Shown here: in pieces, positions 10,144 to 19,887 of the stretch
Position numbering within the stretch: position 1 is the first letter of the stretch
Layout of the letters: the number at the start of each line of letters is the position of its first letter
Assembly (NCBI GenBank): GCA_048941285.1
Contig: JBHLNS010000016.1
Location: 1 to 58,657, forward strand
DNA: 58,657 nucleotides
From: Promethearchaeota archaeon
GTDB lineage: Archaea; Asgardarchaeota; Lokiarchaeia; Sigyniarchaeales; SOKP01
Direction of reading: 5' to 3'
Made by a program: the position numbers and the translations under genes
The notes under the pieces: model-generated
Told to the model about the DNA's origin: nothing
Database searches by the model: none
Seen by the model: the letters and a program-made list of their open reading frames with translations, nothing else

Positions 10144-10860
10144 TTATAACTCTAATGCTTCAATCAATTTATCAATATTTTGTCCATTCTTAGCGCTAAT
10201 GGTTATTACTTTTATGTCCGGATTGAAATTCTTTGCATCTTTCATCATTTTTTCAATATTAGTTCCCAATCTTTCTAAGAGATCAATTTTGTTAATTACT
10301 GCGATATCAGACATTTTAAAAAGCATTGGATGTTTTTCAACAACCCACTCTCCCTCAGTAATCGAAACCACAGTCATTCTCTTATCTGTTCCGAGCTTAA
10401 AATCTGAAGGACAAATTAGATTACCTACATTTTCTATGAAAATCAAATTGTACTTGTTTAAGTCTTGATTCTTTAGAACTTGATGAATATGATATGCATT
10501 TAAAGCACATTCTCGCCCAGTATTTATCTGGATTGTTTTAACATTATGTTTTTCAATTCTATCTGCATCAACTCTAGTAGTAATATCGCCACAGATAACC
10601 AAGATTTTATATTTTTTTGATAATTTTTCGGCTATTTTTTCTAAAATTGCAGTCTTTCCTGCTCCAATCGCTCCTACAACATCTATAGATTTTATTCCCG
10701 TGTTATTTAGCTCTCTGTGTATTTGTTCTGCTAATAAATCGTTATCCTTTTCAACTTCTTTTTTTGTTTCTATAACAAGATCTCTGATTTCCTCTCTTGC
10801 TAAATTAATACTTTCAAGTTCTTTAATTCTTTGAAATTCTTGTTTTTTTTTATTCGTCAT
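10144..10860 (-). CDS. hypB: Hydrogenase nickel incorporation GTPase HypB
   Basis: GAIGAGKT, INTGRECAL, IENVGNLICPSDF.LG, SITEG, INKID. Confidence 0.9.
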   Translation of the reverse strand: MTNKKKQEFQRIKELESINLAREEIRDLVIETKKEVEKDNDLLAEQIHRELNNTGIKSIDVVGAIGAGKTAILEKIAEKLSKKYKILVICGDITTRVDADRIEKHNVKTIQINTGRECALNAYHIHQVLKNQDLNKYNLIFIENVGNLICPSDFKLGTDKRMTVVSITEGEWVVEKHPMLFKMSDIAVINKIDLLERLGTNIEKMMKDAKNFNPDIKVITISAKNGQNIDKLIEALEL

Positions 10861-10925
10861 TTCTATAAAAAAATAATAATGTAGGCTTTAAGAATTAAAT
10901 TTGTAAATTAAAAACTAAAAATAAA

Positions 10926-11801
10926 TTATTTGGTCTTATAATTATAAAATCCTTTTCCAGTTTTTACCCCTAGGTCCTCGTTATCAACCATTTCTTTAAG
11001 TAAATCTGGTGGTTTATCATCTGGAAGGCCACTATTCTTGAAATACGACATTTCAATATCATAAATTACATCTAATCCAATTCTATCCATAAATTGAAAA
11101 GGACCATATTTATTTACTATAAAATATTGACAGAAAATTTGCCAAGCTTTATCGACGGTTTCAATATCAGCATGACCTCCTGCCCATATCTTTAAACAAT
11201 CTTTCTTAATAGCTCTCCATATTCTATTTAGGACAAAGCCAAAGCACTCTTTTTTAACTTCAAGTGGAACGATATCAATACTTTCTAACCAGTACTTCCC
11301 TTTCTGGAAAGTTTGATTGCTAGTTTGAGTTCCCCGCATGATATCTGCCATTGGCATGGTGAAAAGATTGTAGAAGTGAATGTTTAAAACTTTATCTTTT
11401 CGCTCGACTATATTTTCTAATTTTGAAATAGGAATAGAAGAACTGTTAGTTGCTAAGATGGCATTATAAGGAGCTAATTTATCAATTTGAGAAAAAATTT
11501 CCTTCTTTAACTCTAATTTCTCTGGGATTGCCTCAATGATTAAATCCGCGTTTTTTACTGCATCGGGAATATTAGTGAAGAGCTTGATATCAACCTTGAT
11601 ATTTTTTTCTTCGATTTTCTTTTTTACTACACTAATGAATTCCTCTAATCCTTCAGTATTTACATCAAATACATTTACACTATATCCATAAGAAGCAGAT
11701 TTTTCAATAATTTGTCGACCCATATATCCTGCTCCAATTACAGATATAATATTAATTTTGTCGTTCATATAATCACATTCAGTTCGAGTTTTAATTATCA
11801 T
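10926..11801 (-). CDS. 3-hydroxyacyl-CoA (3-hydroxybutyryl-CoA) dehydrogenase family
   Basis: GAGYMG, IIEAIPE..K, ATNSSS, HFYN, GFVLNR, GPF..D.IGLD, G.KTGKGFY. Confidence 0.9.
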   Translation of the reverse strand: MIIKTRTECDYMNDKINIISVIGAGYMGRQIIEKSASYGYSVNVFDVNTEGLEEFISVVKKKIEEKNIKVDIKLFTNIPDAVKNADLIIEAIPEKLELKKEIFSQIDKLAPYNAILATNSSSIPISKLENIVERKDKVLNIHFYNLFTMPMADIMRGTQTSNQTFQKGKYWLESIDIVPLEVKKECFGFVLNRIWRAIKKDCLKIWAGGHADIETVDKAWQIFCQYFIVNKYGPFQFMDRIGLDVIYDIEMSYFKNSGLPDDKPPDLLKEMVDNEDLGVKTGKGFYNYKTK

Positions 11802-11809
11802 TATTTATT

Positions 11810-12781
11810 TTAGTTAATAATATTTTTGAGTGAATCTAAAAAATAATCGTTTTCCTTTTTAGAACCTATTGTGACTCTAAAATATTCTGATCCCAATTGA
11901 TTTGCTGCATCGTGTACCAAAACGCCTCTCTCTGCTAACTTTTTTGAGATATTTTGCATATTTGTTTTCATCAGTAAAAAATTAGTATAGCTCGGATATG
12001 CAATTATTCCTAATTCTAAAGCAAATTTCATTATTCTCTGTTTTTCAGTTTCTACCTCTTTAATATAATCAAGCATATAATTTTGATCTTTTAGAGCCTT
12101 AATCCCAGCTATTACACTTGGATATGGTAACATTATATTTAATCCTTGAAATTTCTTGCATATTAGATCTCCTGCGATAAGATATCCAATCCCCGATCCT
12201 GCCAATCCAAAAGATTTACTTAATGTTCTTAAAATAGCAAGATTAGGATAATCTTCTATTAAATCAACAAAAGTTGCCTTCGAGAATTCATAATAAGCCT
12301 CGTCAATTAATAAAATTATATTTTCATTTTGTAAAATAGTCTCTACATCATTTTGAGTAAGTAATAAGCTTCCGGTTGGGTTATTTGGATTATCAAAAAC
12401 TATTAAGGTTGGTTTTTTAAATTCGTCAAGTAGAGGTTCTAAAGAAATTTTAAATTCAGGTTCTTTTAACCGGATTTTTATCAAAGAACTTTCAGTAACC
12501 TGAGCTGAATTATTGATGACAATAAAGGTTGGCTCTGCGATTATTATTTGCCTTCTATTAGAAAATAAAAAAATAAATTCTTTTATGATCAAATCTGAAC
12601 CCGAACTTAAAAAAATTGATTCCTGTGGAATATTTGCATATTGGGATAAACTTTCAATTAATAAATCTACATCTCTCTGCGGAGTATATCTATTGATTTC
12701 ATTGATAGAATTTTTTACTGAATTAATCAGCTGTTTAGGAGGAAGTTTATACATTTCATTCATATTTAATCTAATCTTCAT
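11810..12781 (-). CDS. Histidinol-phosphate aminotransferase-like class I/II PLP enzyme
   Basis: NPNNPTG, DEAYYEF, RTLSKSFGLAG (PLP Lys), NFLL, FRVTIG. HisC or CobD-like; not resolved. Confidence 0.8.
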   Translation of the reverse strand: MKIRLNMNEMYKLPPKQLINSVKNSINEINRYTPQRDVDLLIESLSQYANIPQESIFLSSGSDLIIKEFIFLFSNRRQIIIAEPTFIVINNSAQVTESSLIKIRLKEPEFKISLEPLLDEFKKPTLIVFDNPNNPTGSLLLTQNDVETILQNENIILLIDEAYYEFSKATFVDLIEDYPNLAILRTLSKSFGLAGSGIGYLIAGDLICKKFQGLNIMLPYPSVIAGIKALKDQNYMLDYIKEVETEKQRIMKFALELGIIAYPSYTNFLLMKTNMQNISKKLAERGVLVHDAANQLGSEYFRVTIGSKKENDYFLDSLKNIIN

Positions 12782-12909
12782 CTTATGAAACCTAAGAATT
12801 GAGAATTATATTATTTATGTTTTTCTAAATAAGATAGTATCGTAGCTTGAATTAAAAATGTTTTTTTATGGAATCTGTTTTTAATATCTATTAATCTGAA
12901 AATTTTATT

Positions 12910-14223
12910 TTGTTTAGATCAAAGGGGATGAACAAGATGCCTACATGGTATGAATCTCAAGTAATTAAAGATTTGATGCCAATTCTTGGTGCTAGAGCTG
13001 TAAGGGGTTTGGAAACTAATTTTTTCTTATCAAGAATATATACTGGCAAATCTGCGTTGCTTAAAGTTGCAAGATATTTAGAAGCTACCATTGAGAAAGA
13101 AGATAGACGAGCTTTAATTATTACTGATTCATTTACTGAAAAATTTGTTAAAAATATTAAGGAATTTCTAGAAATAATAGAGATGGATTATAAAATTTGG
13201 TCGGGGGTCTTACCAGAAGTTCCAATATCAACTATAGATGAAGGTGCAAAAGTTTGTAAAGAATACAATCCATCAATATTAATTGCTATAGGCGGAGGAA
13301 GCGTCATGGATACAGCTAAGATGGTTTTAGTAAAGTATGAAAAACCTGACCAAAATCTTTTTATGATTTTACCCAGTATAGGATCAGCTCTCGGATTACG
13401 CAAGAAAATAAAATACTTAATAGCAATACCAACTACCTCTGGAACAGGATCTGAAGTTGCAACAGCTGCTTTAATAACTGATACTTCTAGAGACCCTCCA
13501 AAAAAGATAGAAGTAGTTCATGAGGAATTATTAGCAGATATAACCATATTAGATTCAGAATTTGTAAAGGATTTGCCCCCATTTTTAACAATGGCAACTG
13601 GATTAGACGCATTAGCACATGCAATGGGTTCATATACAACAAATTGGGGTAATCCCTATTTCGATGCAATAAATAAGACTGTTATTCAAGAAATAAAGAA
13701 ATACCTTCCTCGAACATATAAATACGGTGGAAAAGATATCGAAGCACGTAGTCACATGCAAGTAGCTTCGACTTTAGCTGCTTTTGGTTCATATGGAAAT
13801 CAAGCTCCGGGGATAAATCATGCTTTAGGTCATAGTTTTGGAAAAATATTTGCTATTCATCATGGGATAGCTGTCAGTTTGTTTTTACCATATGATATCG
13901 CATTCAAGGTAAAAGTTACTGACAAGTGGATGGATTTATGTCCGATTTTCAATATTGGCGTGAATAATAAAAGTAAAGACGAACTATTAAAAGAATTTAT
14001 TAGTTCTCTTGAAGATTTTATAGTCTCTGTTGATGGTTATACATGTGTTAAGGATATAAAAGAGCCAAAAATAAGCAAAGAAGAATATTTTGGAAAAATA
14101 GGCAAGTTAGTTGATTATGCAATTAATGATGCGGTTACTTTAACTAGTTATCGCCCTATTAATGAAGATATTTACAAGAGAATTTTCGAATATGCTTGGG
14201 ATGGTAAGATAATTGATTTTTAA
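12910..14223 (+). CDS. Iron-containing alcohol dehydrogenase
   Basis: GGGSVMDTAK, PTTSGTGSE, GLDALAHA, HALGH, HG. True start may be ATG 12928 or 12937. Confidence 0.9.
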   Translation: MFRSKGMNKMPTWYESQVIKDLMPILGARAVRGLETNFFLSRIYTGKSALLKVARYLEATIEKEDRRALIITDSFTEKFVKNIKEFLEIIEMDYKIWSGVLPEVPISTIDEGAKVCKEYNPSILIAIGGGSVMDTAKMVLVKYEKPDQNLFMILPSIGSALGLRKKIKYLIAIPTTSGTGSEVATAALITDTSRDPPKKIEVVHEELLADITILDSEFVKDLPPFLTMATGLDALAHAMGSYTTNWGNPYFDAINKTVIQEIKKYLPRTYKYGGKDIEARSHMQVASTLAAFGSYGNQAPGINHALGHSFGKIFAIHHGIAVSLFLPYDIAFKVKVTDKWMDLCPIFNIGVNNKSKDELLKEFISSLEDFIVSVDGYTCVKDIKEPKISKEEYFGKIGKLVDYAINDAVTLTSYRPINEDIYKRIFEYAWDGKIIDF

Positions 14224-14247
14224 AAATACAAATGTGGGGATATTAAA

Positions 14248-16128
14248 ATGAATGAAGATTTATATGGTTATAATGGCAAGGTTGCGTTTATTGATTTAAG
14301 TAGTCAAACGCATGAAATTAAAGATTTAGATATTCAAATTGCTAAGGAATATCTCGGTGGTACGGGATTGAGTGCTAAATTAACATACAATTTACTTTCT
14401 GATAAGGATTATGAAATTTTAAAAAAAGACCCGTTTAATGAGAAAAATCCACTTATATTTGCTACAGGCCCCATCACAGGGACAATAAGACCATCCTCCG
14501 GAAGATATTCGGTCACTGGTATATCACCACTAACGGGAATCTGGGGAGAAGGAACATCTGGTGGCTTTTTTTGTATTTCTCTGAGGAATAGCGGATTTGA
14601 TGCAATAATTATCACTGGAAAATCTAAAAATCCAATTTATCTTTATATCCATGACAAATTAATAGATTTTAAAGATGCTAGTATGTTATGGGGAAAAAAT
14701 ACTTATGAAACCCAATCGTTAATAAAAAACGAAGTAAATAATGAAAGAGTCAGGGTTGCTGCCATAGGAATTGCTGGAGAAAATTTAGTAAAATATGCAG
14801 GAATTATTAATGATGAAGGTAGGGCTATTGGGAGATGTGGATTAGGAGCTTTAATGGGTTCAAAAAAATTAAAAGCAGTTGCCATTCATGGAACTCAAAA
14901 AATTAGAATTGCTGATCCAAAAATTGGAAAAGATCTAATAAAGCAAGATGAAGATTCAAAAAAAGGAAATCTCCTTAAATCAACTACACCTCTTTTATAT
15001 TCTTTATACGGTACAAATTGCTATCTCGATATTGGTATGGTTCTGGGCGATACTCCTGCATATTATTACACTCAAACGGAATTTCCCGCTGAAAAGTTAA
15101 CAGGAAAAACCTTGAGAGAGAAATATCCTATTTTAGATTATGGTTGTGCGGGTTGCACCTTGAGATGTGGTAAACAGACGATTATCAAAGATGATGGTAA
15201 AGAAATAATAGTGGATGGTCCTGAATACGAAAGTGTAGCTGTATTTGGGCCTTTATGCGGGGTTTTTGACTCTAAGTATGTCATCTTGGCAAATCATTTA
15301 TGTAATACTTTCGGCATTGATACAATTTCAAGTGGTGTCTGTATTGCATTTTTGATATATTTAGTAGAAAATGACATTAACGTATCAAACATAAAGGATT
15401 TCTTGGATGACATTAAACTCGAAGAGATAAAGTGGGGTAATGGTAAATTAATATTAAAACTAATTGAAAAGATCTCAAATCGACGCGGTATAGGAAATTT
15501 ATTAGCAGAAGGTGTAAGAACAATTGCTAAAAAACTTAATGTTGACCCTGAATTAGCTGCTCATATAAAAGGTTTGGAAATACCTATGCATGATCCAAGA
15601 GCATTTGCGGGGCAAGCATTAAGTTATATAACATGCTGTGTAGGAGCAAATAATCAAAAATGTGATTGGTATGCTGTAGAAGTAACAACAGTTTCCTATC
15701 CAAATTTACGAGTAAAAATAGGTAAAGGTAGATCTCAAATCAAAGGGAGAGAAAAAGGGGTGATTGCTTTACAAGATATTCGAGCGATAGATGATTCTGC
15801 TATAAATTGTAATTTTGTGAGTTTAAGCATAGAACATATTGTAGGGCACATTAATGCAGCAACTGGATTAAAATATGATAAAAATTCGATACTCGAAGTT
15901 GGAGAACGAATTAATAATATAAAGAGATTAATAAATTGTAAATTAGGAATAACAAGAGAAGATGATAAAATACCAGGGATATTAAAAAAAGAATTAGAAT
16001 CAGGAAAGACTGTTCATGTAAAATTAGAATTAGAGGAAAACTTAAGAACTTATTATGATCTTCGGGGCTGGGATTGGGGAACTGGTAAACCAACCGAAGA
16101 TAAATTAAGAAAACTTAACATAATATAA
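14248..16128 (+). CDS. Aldehyde:ferredoxin oxidoreductase (tungsten AOR family)
   Basis: SPLTG, IG.AGE, GRCGLGALMGSKKLKAV, CAGCTLRC, GPEYE, GIDTIS, HDPR, YY..RGW. Confidence 0.93.
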   Translation: MNEDLYGYNGKVAFIDLSSQTHEIKDLDIQIAKEYLGGTGLSAKLTYNLLSDKDYEILKKDPFNEKNPLIFATGPITGTIRPSSGRYSVTGISPLTGIWGEGTSGGFFCISLRNSGFDAIIITGKSKNPIYLYIHDKLIDFKDASMLWGKNTYETQSLIKNEVNNERVRVAAIGIAGENLVKYAGIINDEGRAIGRCGLGALMGSKKLKAVAIHGTQKIRIADPKIGKDLIKQDEDSKKGNLLKSTTPLLYSLYGTNCYLDIGMVLGDTPAYYYTQTEFPAEKLTGKTLREKYPILDYGCAGCTLRCGKQTIIKDDGKEIIVDGPEYESVAVFGPLCGVFDSKYVILANHLCNTFGIDTISSGVCIAFLIYLVENDINVSNIKDFLDDIKLEEIKWGNGKLILKLIEKISNRRGIGNLLAEGVRTIAKKLNVDPELAAHIKGLEIPMHDPRAFAGQALSYITCCVGANNQKCDWYAVEVTTVSYPNLRVKIGKGRSQIKGREKGVIALQDIRAIDDSAINCNFVSLSIEHIVGHINAATGLKYDKNSILEVGERINNIKRLINCKLGITREDDKIPGILKKELESGKTVHVKLELEENLRTYYDLRGWDWGTGKPTEDKLRKLNII

Positions 16129-16130
16129 TT

Positions 16131-17258
16131 CTAAGCTTTTACTTCTACTATTAATTCTTGTTTATATCCAGTAATTACTTTGACAAATCCTTTAAATAGC
16201 TCGTCAGTGTTTACATTACCCGTATCAACTCTCAAGCAATCTAGTCCTTTCATTTTTTCTTCTGTCGCAATTATTTTTACATTATTTATACCTATTTTCT
16301 GGAGTATTTCAGGAGTTAATTGTTTGTTACCCCTTCCAAAAATAAAACCTTGACCACCTATTGGTGATATAATAATCTGATTATTAGGATAATCCTTTAA
16401 AAGTTGGAGTATATGCTTTTCATTTAGATCTTTTCCAATTATCTTTTTATTGAGGAGAGCATCTATACCAAGTAGAGTTTTAGGTAAATTTAGGTTATCC
16501 GTAATAGTTTTTATGGTAGTGCCTGACCCCAAAAGATATAGAATATTATCTTCCATATTCTCAATTATAAACTGCGCAATTTCCTGTTTATTTTCCTCAA
16601 TTGTACGCCCAAATCCAGAACCAGTTTTTGCAGACTGTATTAGGTTTAAGACTTTTGGTACTTTCAAATATCCATATAATTTTGCTTGTAAGATATCTTG
16701 ACGAACTAAATCTTCATCAATATCAAGGACTTCTTTTTCTTCTGTTTCTATAACTTCTTCGATAAATTTATCAATAAGCTCTGCTGCAGATCTAGGATTA
16801 ATAGCAAAGACAGAGCTAAACATTTTTACTCCCGCGGGTAATGCAACTATAGGTACTTCTAATCCTATCGAATCAAATATATCTCTTGCTGTTCCATCAC
16901 CTCCACAAAAGATTAATAGATCAATAGTTTCCGAAACTATTTGTTTAGCAATTCTCTTTGTATCCTCTTTTATGGTCTCTTTACCTATTTCCCCTATGAT
17001 TTTAAATTTAATACCAATATTTCTTACGATATCAGCTCCCATTTTACCTGGTGCAACCAAGAGAATTATTTTATCTTTATTTTTTATATTCAATAATAAT
17101 TCATTTGCTCTCATTGGAGTTACTGGAGTTGCTCCCATTTTAATTGCTTTTTTATATGTTATTCCGTCTGTGCCTTTAAGTCCTATACTACCACCCATTC
17201 CGGCAATTGGATTTATTATTAATCCAATTTTTTTTATTTCACTATTAATCTTTTTCAC
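16131..17258 (-). CDS. ATP-NAD kinase family protein (COG3199-like)
   Basis: INPIAGMGG..GLKGTDG, GGDGTARD, PAGVKMFSSVFA, GGQGFIFGRGNKQ. Confidence 0.85.
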   Translation of the reverse strand: MKKINSEIKKIGLIINPIAGMGGSIGLKGTDGITYKKAIKMGATPVTPMRANELLLNIKNKDKIILLVAPGKMGADIVRNIGIKFKIIGEIGKETIKEDTKRIAKQIVSETIDLLIFCGGDGTARDIFDSIGLEVPIVALPAGVKMFSSVFAINPRSAAELIDKFIEEVIETEEKEVLDIDEDLVRQDILQAKLYGYLKVPKVLNLIQSAKTGSGFGRTIEENKQEIAQFIIENMEDNILYLLGSGTTIKTITDNLNLPKTLLGIDALLNKKIIGKDLNEKHILQLLKDYPNNQIIISPIGGQGFIFGRGNKQLTPEILQKIGINNVKIIATEEKMKGLDCLRVDTGNVNTDELFKGFVKVITGYKQELIVEVKA

Positions 17259-17377
17259 TTTTTTATGTCATTATTTATATTATAACATTGAATCAAATGA
17301 ATAGAATTTTTAATAGTCATTAAAATATATTTATTTTGAACAATTAAATCTTTTAATTATACTAATTTCATAACTAT

Positions 17378-17998
17378 ATGGAATATTGGAATAATAAATA
17401 CTCCGGTAAAGGAAAAATCTGGGGAACCAAGCCCAGTAAAACAGCTATTCATGCCCTAAATTTGTTTAAAAAGTATGATATATTAAAAATATTAATTCCT
17501 GGTGCGGGTTATGGTCGACACACAAGACTTTTCTCAAAAAACAACTATGATGTTACTGGAATTGAAATTTCTGAGTCTGCTTTAGAAATTGCAAAAGGTT
17601 TTGATTCGAAATCTAAATTAATATTAGGTTCAGTTTTAGATATGCCATTTAATGGTGAGATGTATGATGCGATATTCTGTTATAACCTTTTACACTTATT
17701 GCTTAGAAATGAACGATTATTATTCATAGAAAAATGTTATAACCAATTAAAAGATAAGGGATTTGCATTTTTCTCAGTATTTTCAGAGCAAGAAGAAAGT
17801 TATGGTCAAGGAGCTAAAATAGAGGAAAATACTTTTGAAAGCAAATCATATAGACCTGCTCACTATTTTTCTGAACAAGATCTATTAGAGCATTTCAATA
17901 AATTTACTTTAATTGAGACTGGTATTATTGAAGAGATTGACACTCATGATGTTCCACATACTCATAGACTCAGATATATATTTGCCAAAAAAGAGTAG
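17378..17998 (+). CDS. Class I SAM-dependent methyltransferase
   Basis: IPGAGYGRH motif I variant, GIEIS, YDAIF...LHL. Confidence 0.85.
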   Translation: MEYWNNKYSGKGKIWGTKPSKTAIHALNLFKKYDILKILIPGAGYGRHTRLFSKNNYDVTGIEISESALEIAKGFDSKSKLILGSVLDMPFNGEMYDAIFCYNLLHLLLRNERLLFIEKCYNQLKDKGFAFFSVFSEQEESYGQGAKIEENTFESKSYRPAHYFSEQDLLEHFNKFTLIETGIIEEIDTHDVPHTHRLRYIFAKKE

Positions 17999-18015
17999 GG
18001 AAATTTAAAAATTAA

Positions 18016-19161
18016 TTAATTTTTAGTAATTGGATATTTTCCGAATTTATTCACAGTTTTTAAAATTGTTGGTACTGAAGTTAACATATGCAAGAATGAC
18101 GGAAATCCCTCAGAAGTTCCCATTAAAAAATTATTTCCAGGAGTAGCTTCATTCAGCATTTCTTGAACCTTTAACCGAACAGCTTTTTGACCTTGAAGAC
18201 TCACGGGTTCTGGAAAATTCGCCCAAATAACTTTATCTTTCCAGAGTTGTCTAGCGTCCTTAATCGATAAATCTCCTACTGGAGGTGGTGTGAAACTTTC
18301 AATCACGTCAATACGTGTTTTAGCAATAAGATTAGCAATGTTCTTTAGGGTACCATCCATATGTACTATATATATTTTATCATATTTATGAATAATATCT
18401 GCAACTTCATTATAAAAGGGAATGCTATATTTTTCGAATAATTTGGGGCTTGTAATAAGGCTAGTAACATTATCAGGACCCCAAATTGCATCAGCTGGAG
18501 ATTCTGCAGCAATTTTATAAATCTCTAATTCTTTTTTATATATTGCTCTATAAAGCTCATCGAAATCTTTTTGATGCATATAGTAATCTAAAGCAAGTGT
18601 CTTAGGACCCATCAACATGATAAGAGATTGGAAAGGTGACTTAGGTACAAATGTGTTTACAATCCCATAGTTCCCTAATATCATTTGGAACTCTTTTAGA
18701 TCATCATAAAAAGGAGTATATTCTACATCTTCTATTAAATATTTAATTATTTCATAATCCTCAATACCTTTAATTATAAATCCATCTTCAGGGAACCATG
18801 GTAATTGAACTGACATATCTAATCCTTTCACATTCGCTTTTAGAGTGACATCTCCCTTGGGTGTACTAATTCTTCCCGTCATATCATGAGGACTATCTAG
18901 TGCCATTAGAATATCTACTGGAGACCAAGAAGTATGATTTTCATAGTGATGAACAATATCCATCGTAGCATTAGGGCAAGAAACCTTGTGTGATTGTGTA
19001 ACCATCGCTGCATGAATACCTAATCCCTTATCTAACAGTTTACGCCATGGTTCATAAACTGCAAGACCTGCTAATTGTAGAGTTTCCAGATAAACTGAAA
19101 AGGGTATTATATCTGGGTCTTCACGATGAAGAACTGCTAAAATTCTTTCTCTAGTATTCAT
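18016..19161 (-). CDS. Uroporphyrinogen decarboxylase-like / MtaA-CmuA family methyltransferase
   Basis: MNTRERILA...PD.IP N-terminus, SP..FEKY..PFY, VHMDG, ESFTP. ATG 19161 overlaps the upstream TGA (ATGA coupling). Confidence 0.8.
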   Translation of the reverse strand: MNTRERILAVLHREDPDIIPFSVYLETLQLAGLAVYEPWRKLLDKGLGIHAAMVTQSHKVSCPNATMDIVHHYENHTSWSPVDILMALDSPHDMTGRISTPKGDVTLKANVKGLDMSVQLPWFPEDGFIIKGIEDYEIIKYLIEDVEYTPFYDDLKEFQMILGNYGIVNTFVPKSPFQSLIMLMGPKTLALDYYMHQKDFDELYRAIYKKELEIYKIAAESPADAIWGPDNVTSLITSPKLFEKYSIPFYNEVADIIHKYDKIYIVHMDGTLKNIANLIAKTRIDVIESFTPPPVGDLSIKDARQLWKDKVIWANFPEPVSLQGQKAVRLKVQEMLNEATPGNNFLMGTSEGFPSFLHMLTSVPTILKTVNKFGKYPITKN

Positions 19162-19811
19162 AAGCCAACCCACCCCTTACACTTTTTTACTCCATCAATA
19201 GCATTTTTAGCCATGGCGTCTGCACCTATATCATCAACAAATTCTTGAGTTATAGGAGCCCCGCCAATAATTACTTTAAGTCCACTACGGAGATTAGCGT
19301 TTTTAAGTGCTTTCATTGTATTGCTAACCTCAGGCATTGTAATTGTTATTAAGGTTGAAATAGCGAGAATATCAGGTTTCTCTTTTCTCACACTCTCAAC
19401 AAATTTCTCTGGTGGAACGTCAACACCCAAATCAATCACCTCAAAGCCTTCAGCTTGAAGGAAAAAACTAACGATATTTTTTCCAATATCGTGCATATCA
19501 CTTTTAGCAGTGCCTATCACGATTTTTCCAATGCTTTTTTTCTTTCCAGAGCCTTTAATGTGAGGTTCTAAAACTTTCATGGCTTTTTTAACAATTTCTG
19601 CTGCCATGAATAGTTCAGGTAAAAAAAATTCTTCTTTTTCGAATTTATCTCCAACAATTTCTAAAGCCTTACTGATTGCGATTTCTATAAATTCATAAGG
19701 GTCTATTCCTTCAGTTATAGCCTTCTTAGTTGCCTCTTTAGCAGCTTTAATGTCCATATTAATAGCTGCTTTAATAAATTCTTCTGCAATTATCTCTTTT
19801 GTCATTTTCAT
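19158..19811 (-). CDS. Methyltransferase cognate corrinoid protein (MtaC/MtbC/MttC-like)
   Basis: B12 cap domain (FFLPELF.A) plus DMHDIGKNIV, DLGVDV, IIGGAP. Confidence 0.93.
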   Translation of the reverse strand: MKMTKEIIAEEFIKAAINMDIKAAKEATKKAITEGIDPYEFIEIAISKALEIVGDKFEKEEFFLPELFMAAEIVKKAMKVLEPHIKGSGKKKSIGKIVIGTAKSDMHDIGKNIVSFFLQAEGFEVIDLGVDVPPEKFVESVRKEKPDILAISTLITITMPEVSNTMKALKNANLRSGLKVIIGGAPITQEFVDDIGADAMAKNAIDGVKKCKGWVGL

Positions 19812-19887
19812 TATCGAAATTTCCTAATTAAAAGATAATAATAATTTTGTTTTTGAAGTATTTATTGATATCTCTTCTATGCTTCAG

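Noticed and set aside
18016-19811. Pyrrolysine or selenocysteine recoding
   Set aside because: No split MttB/MtbB/MtmB or selenoprotein-like ORF seen, and the 4892-4913 hairpin is not linked to an in-frame TGA.
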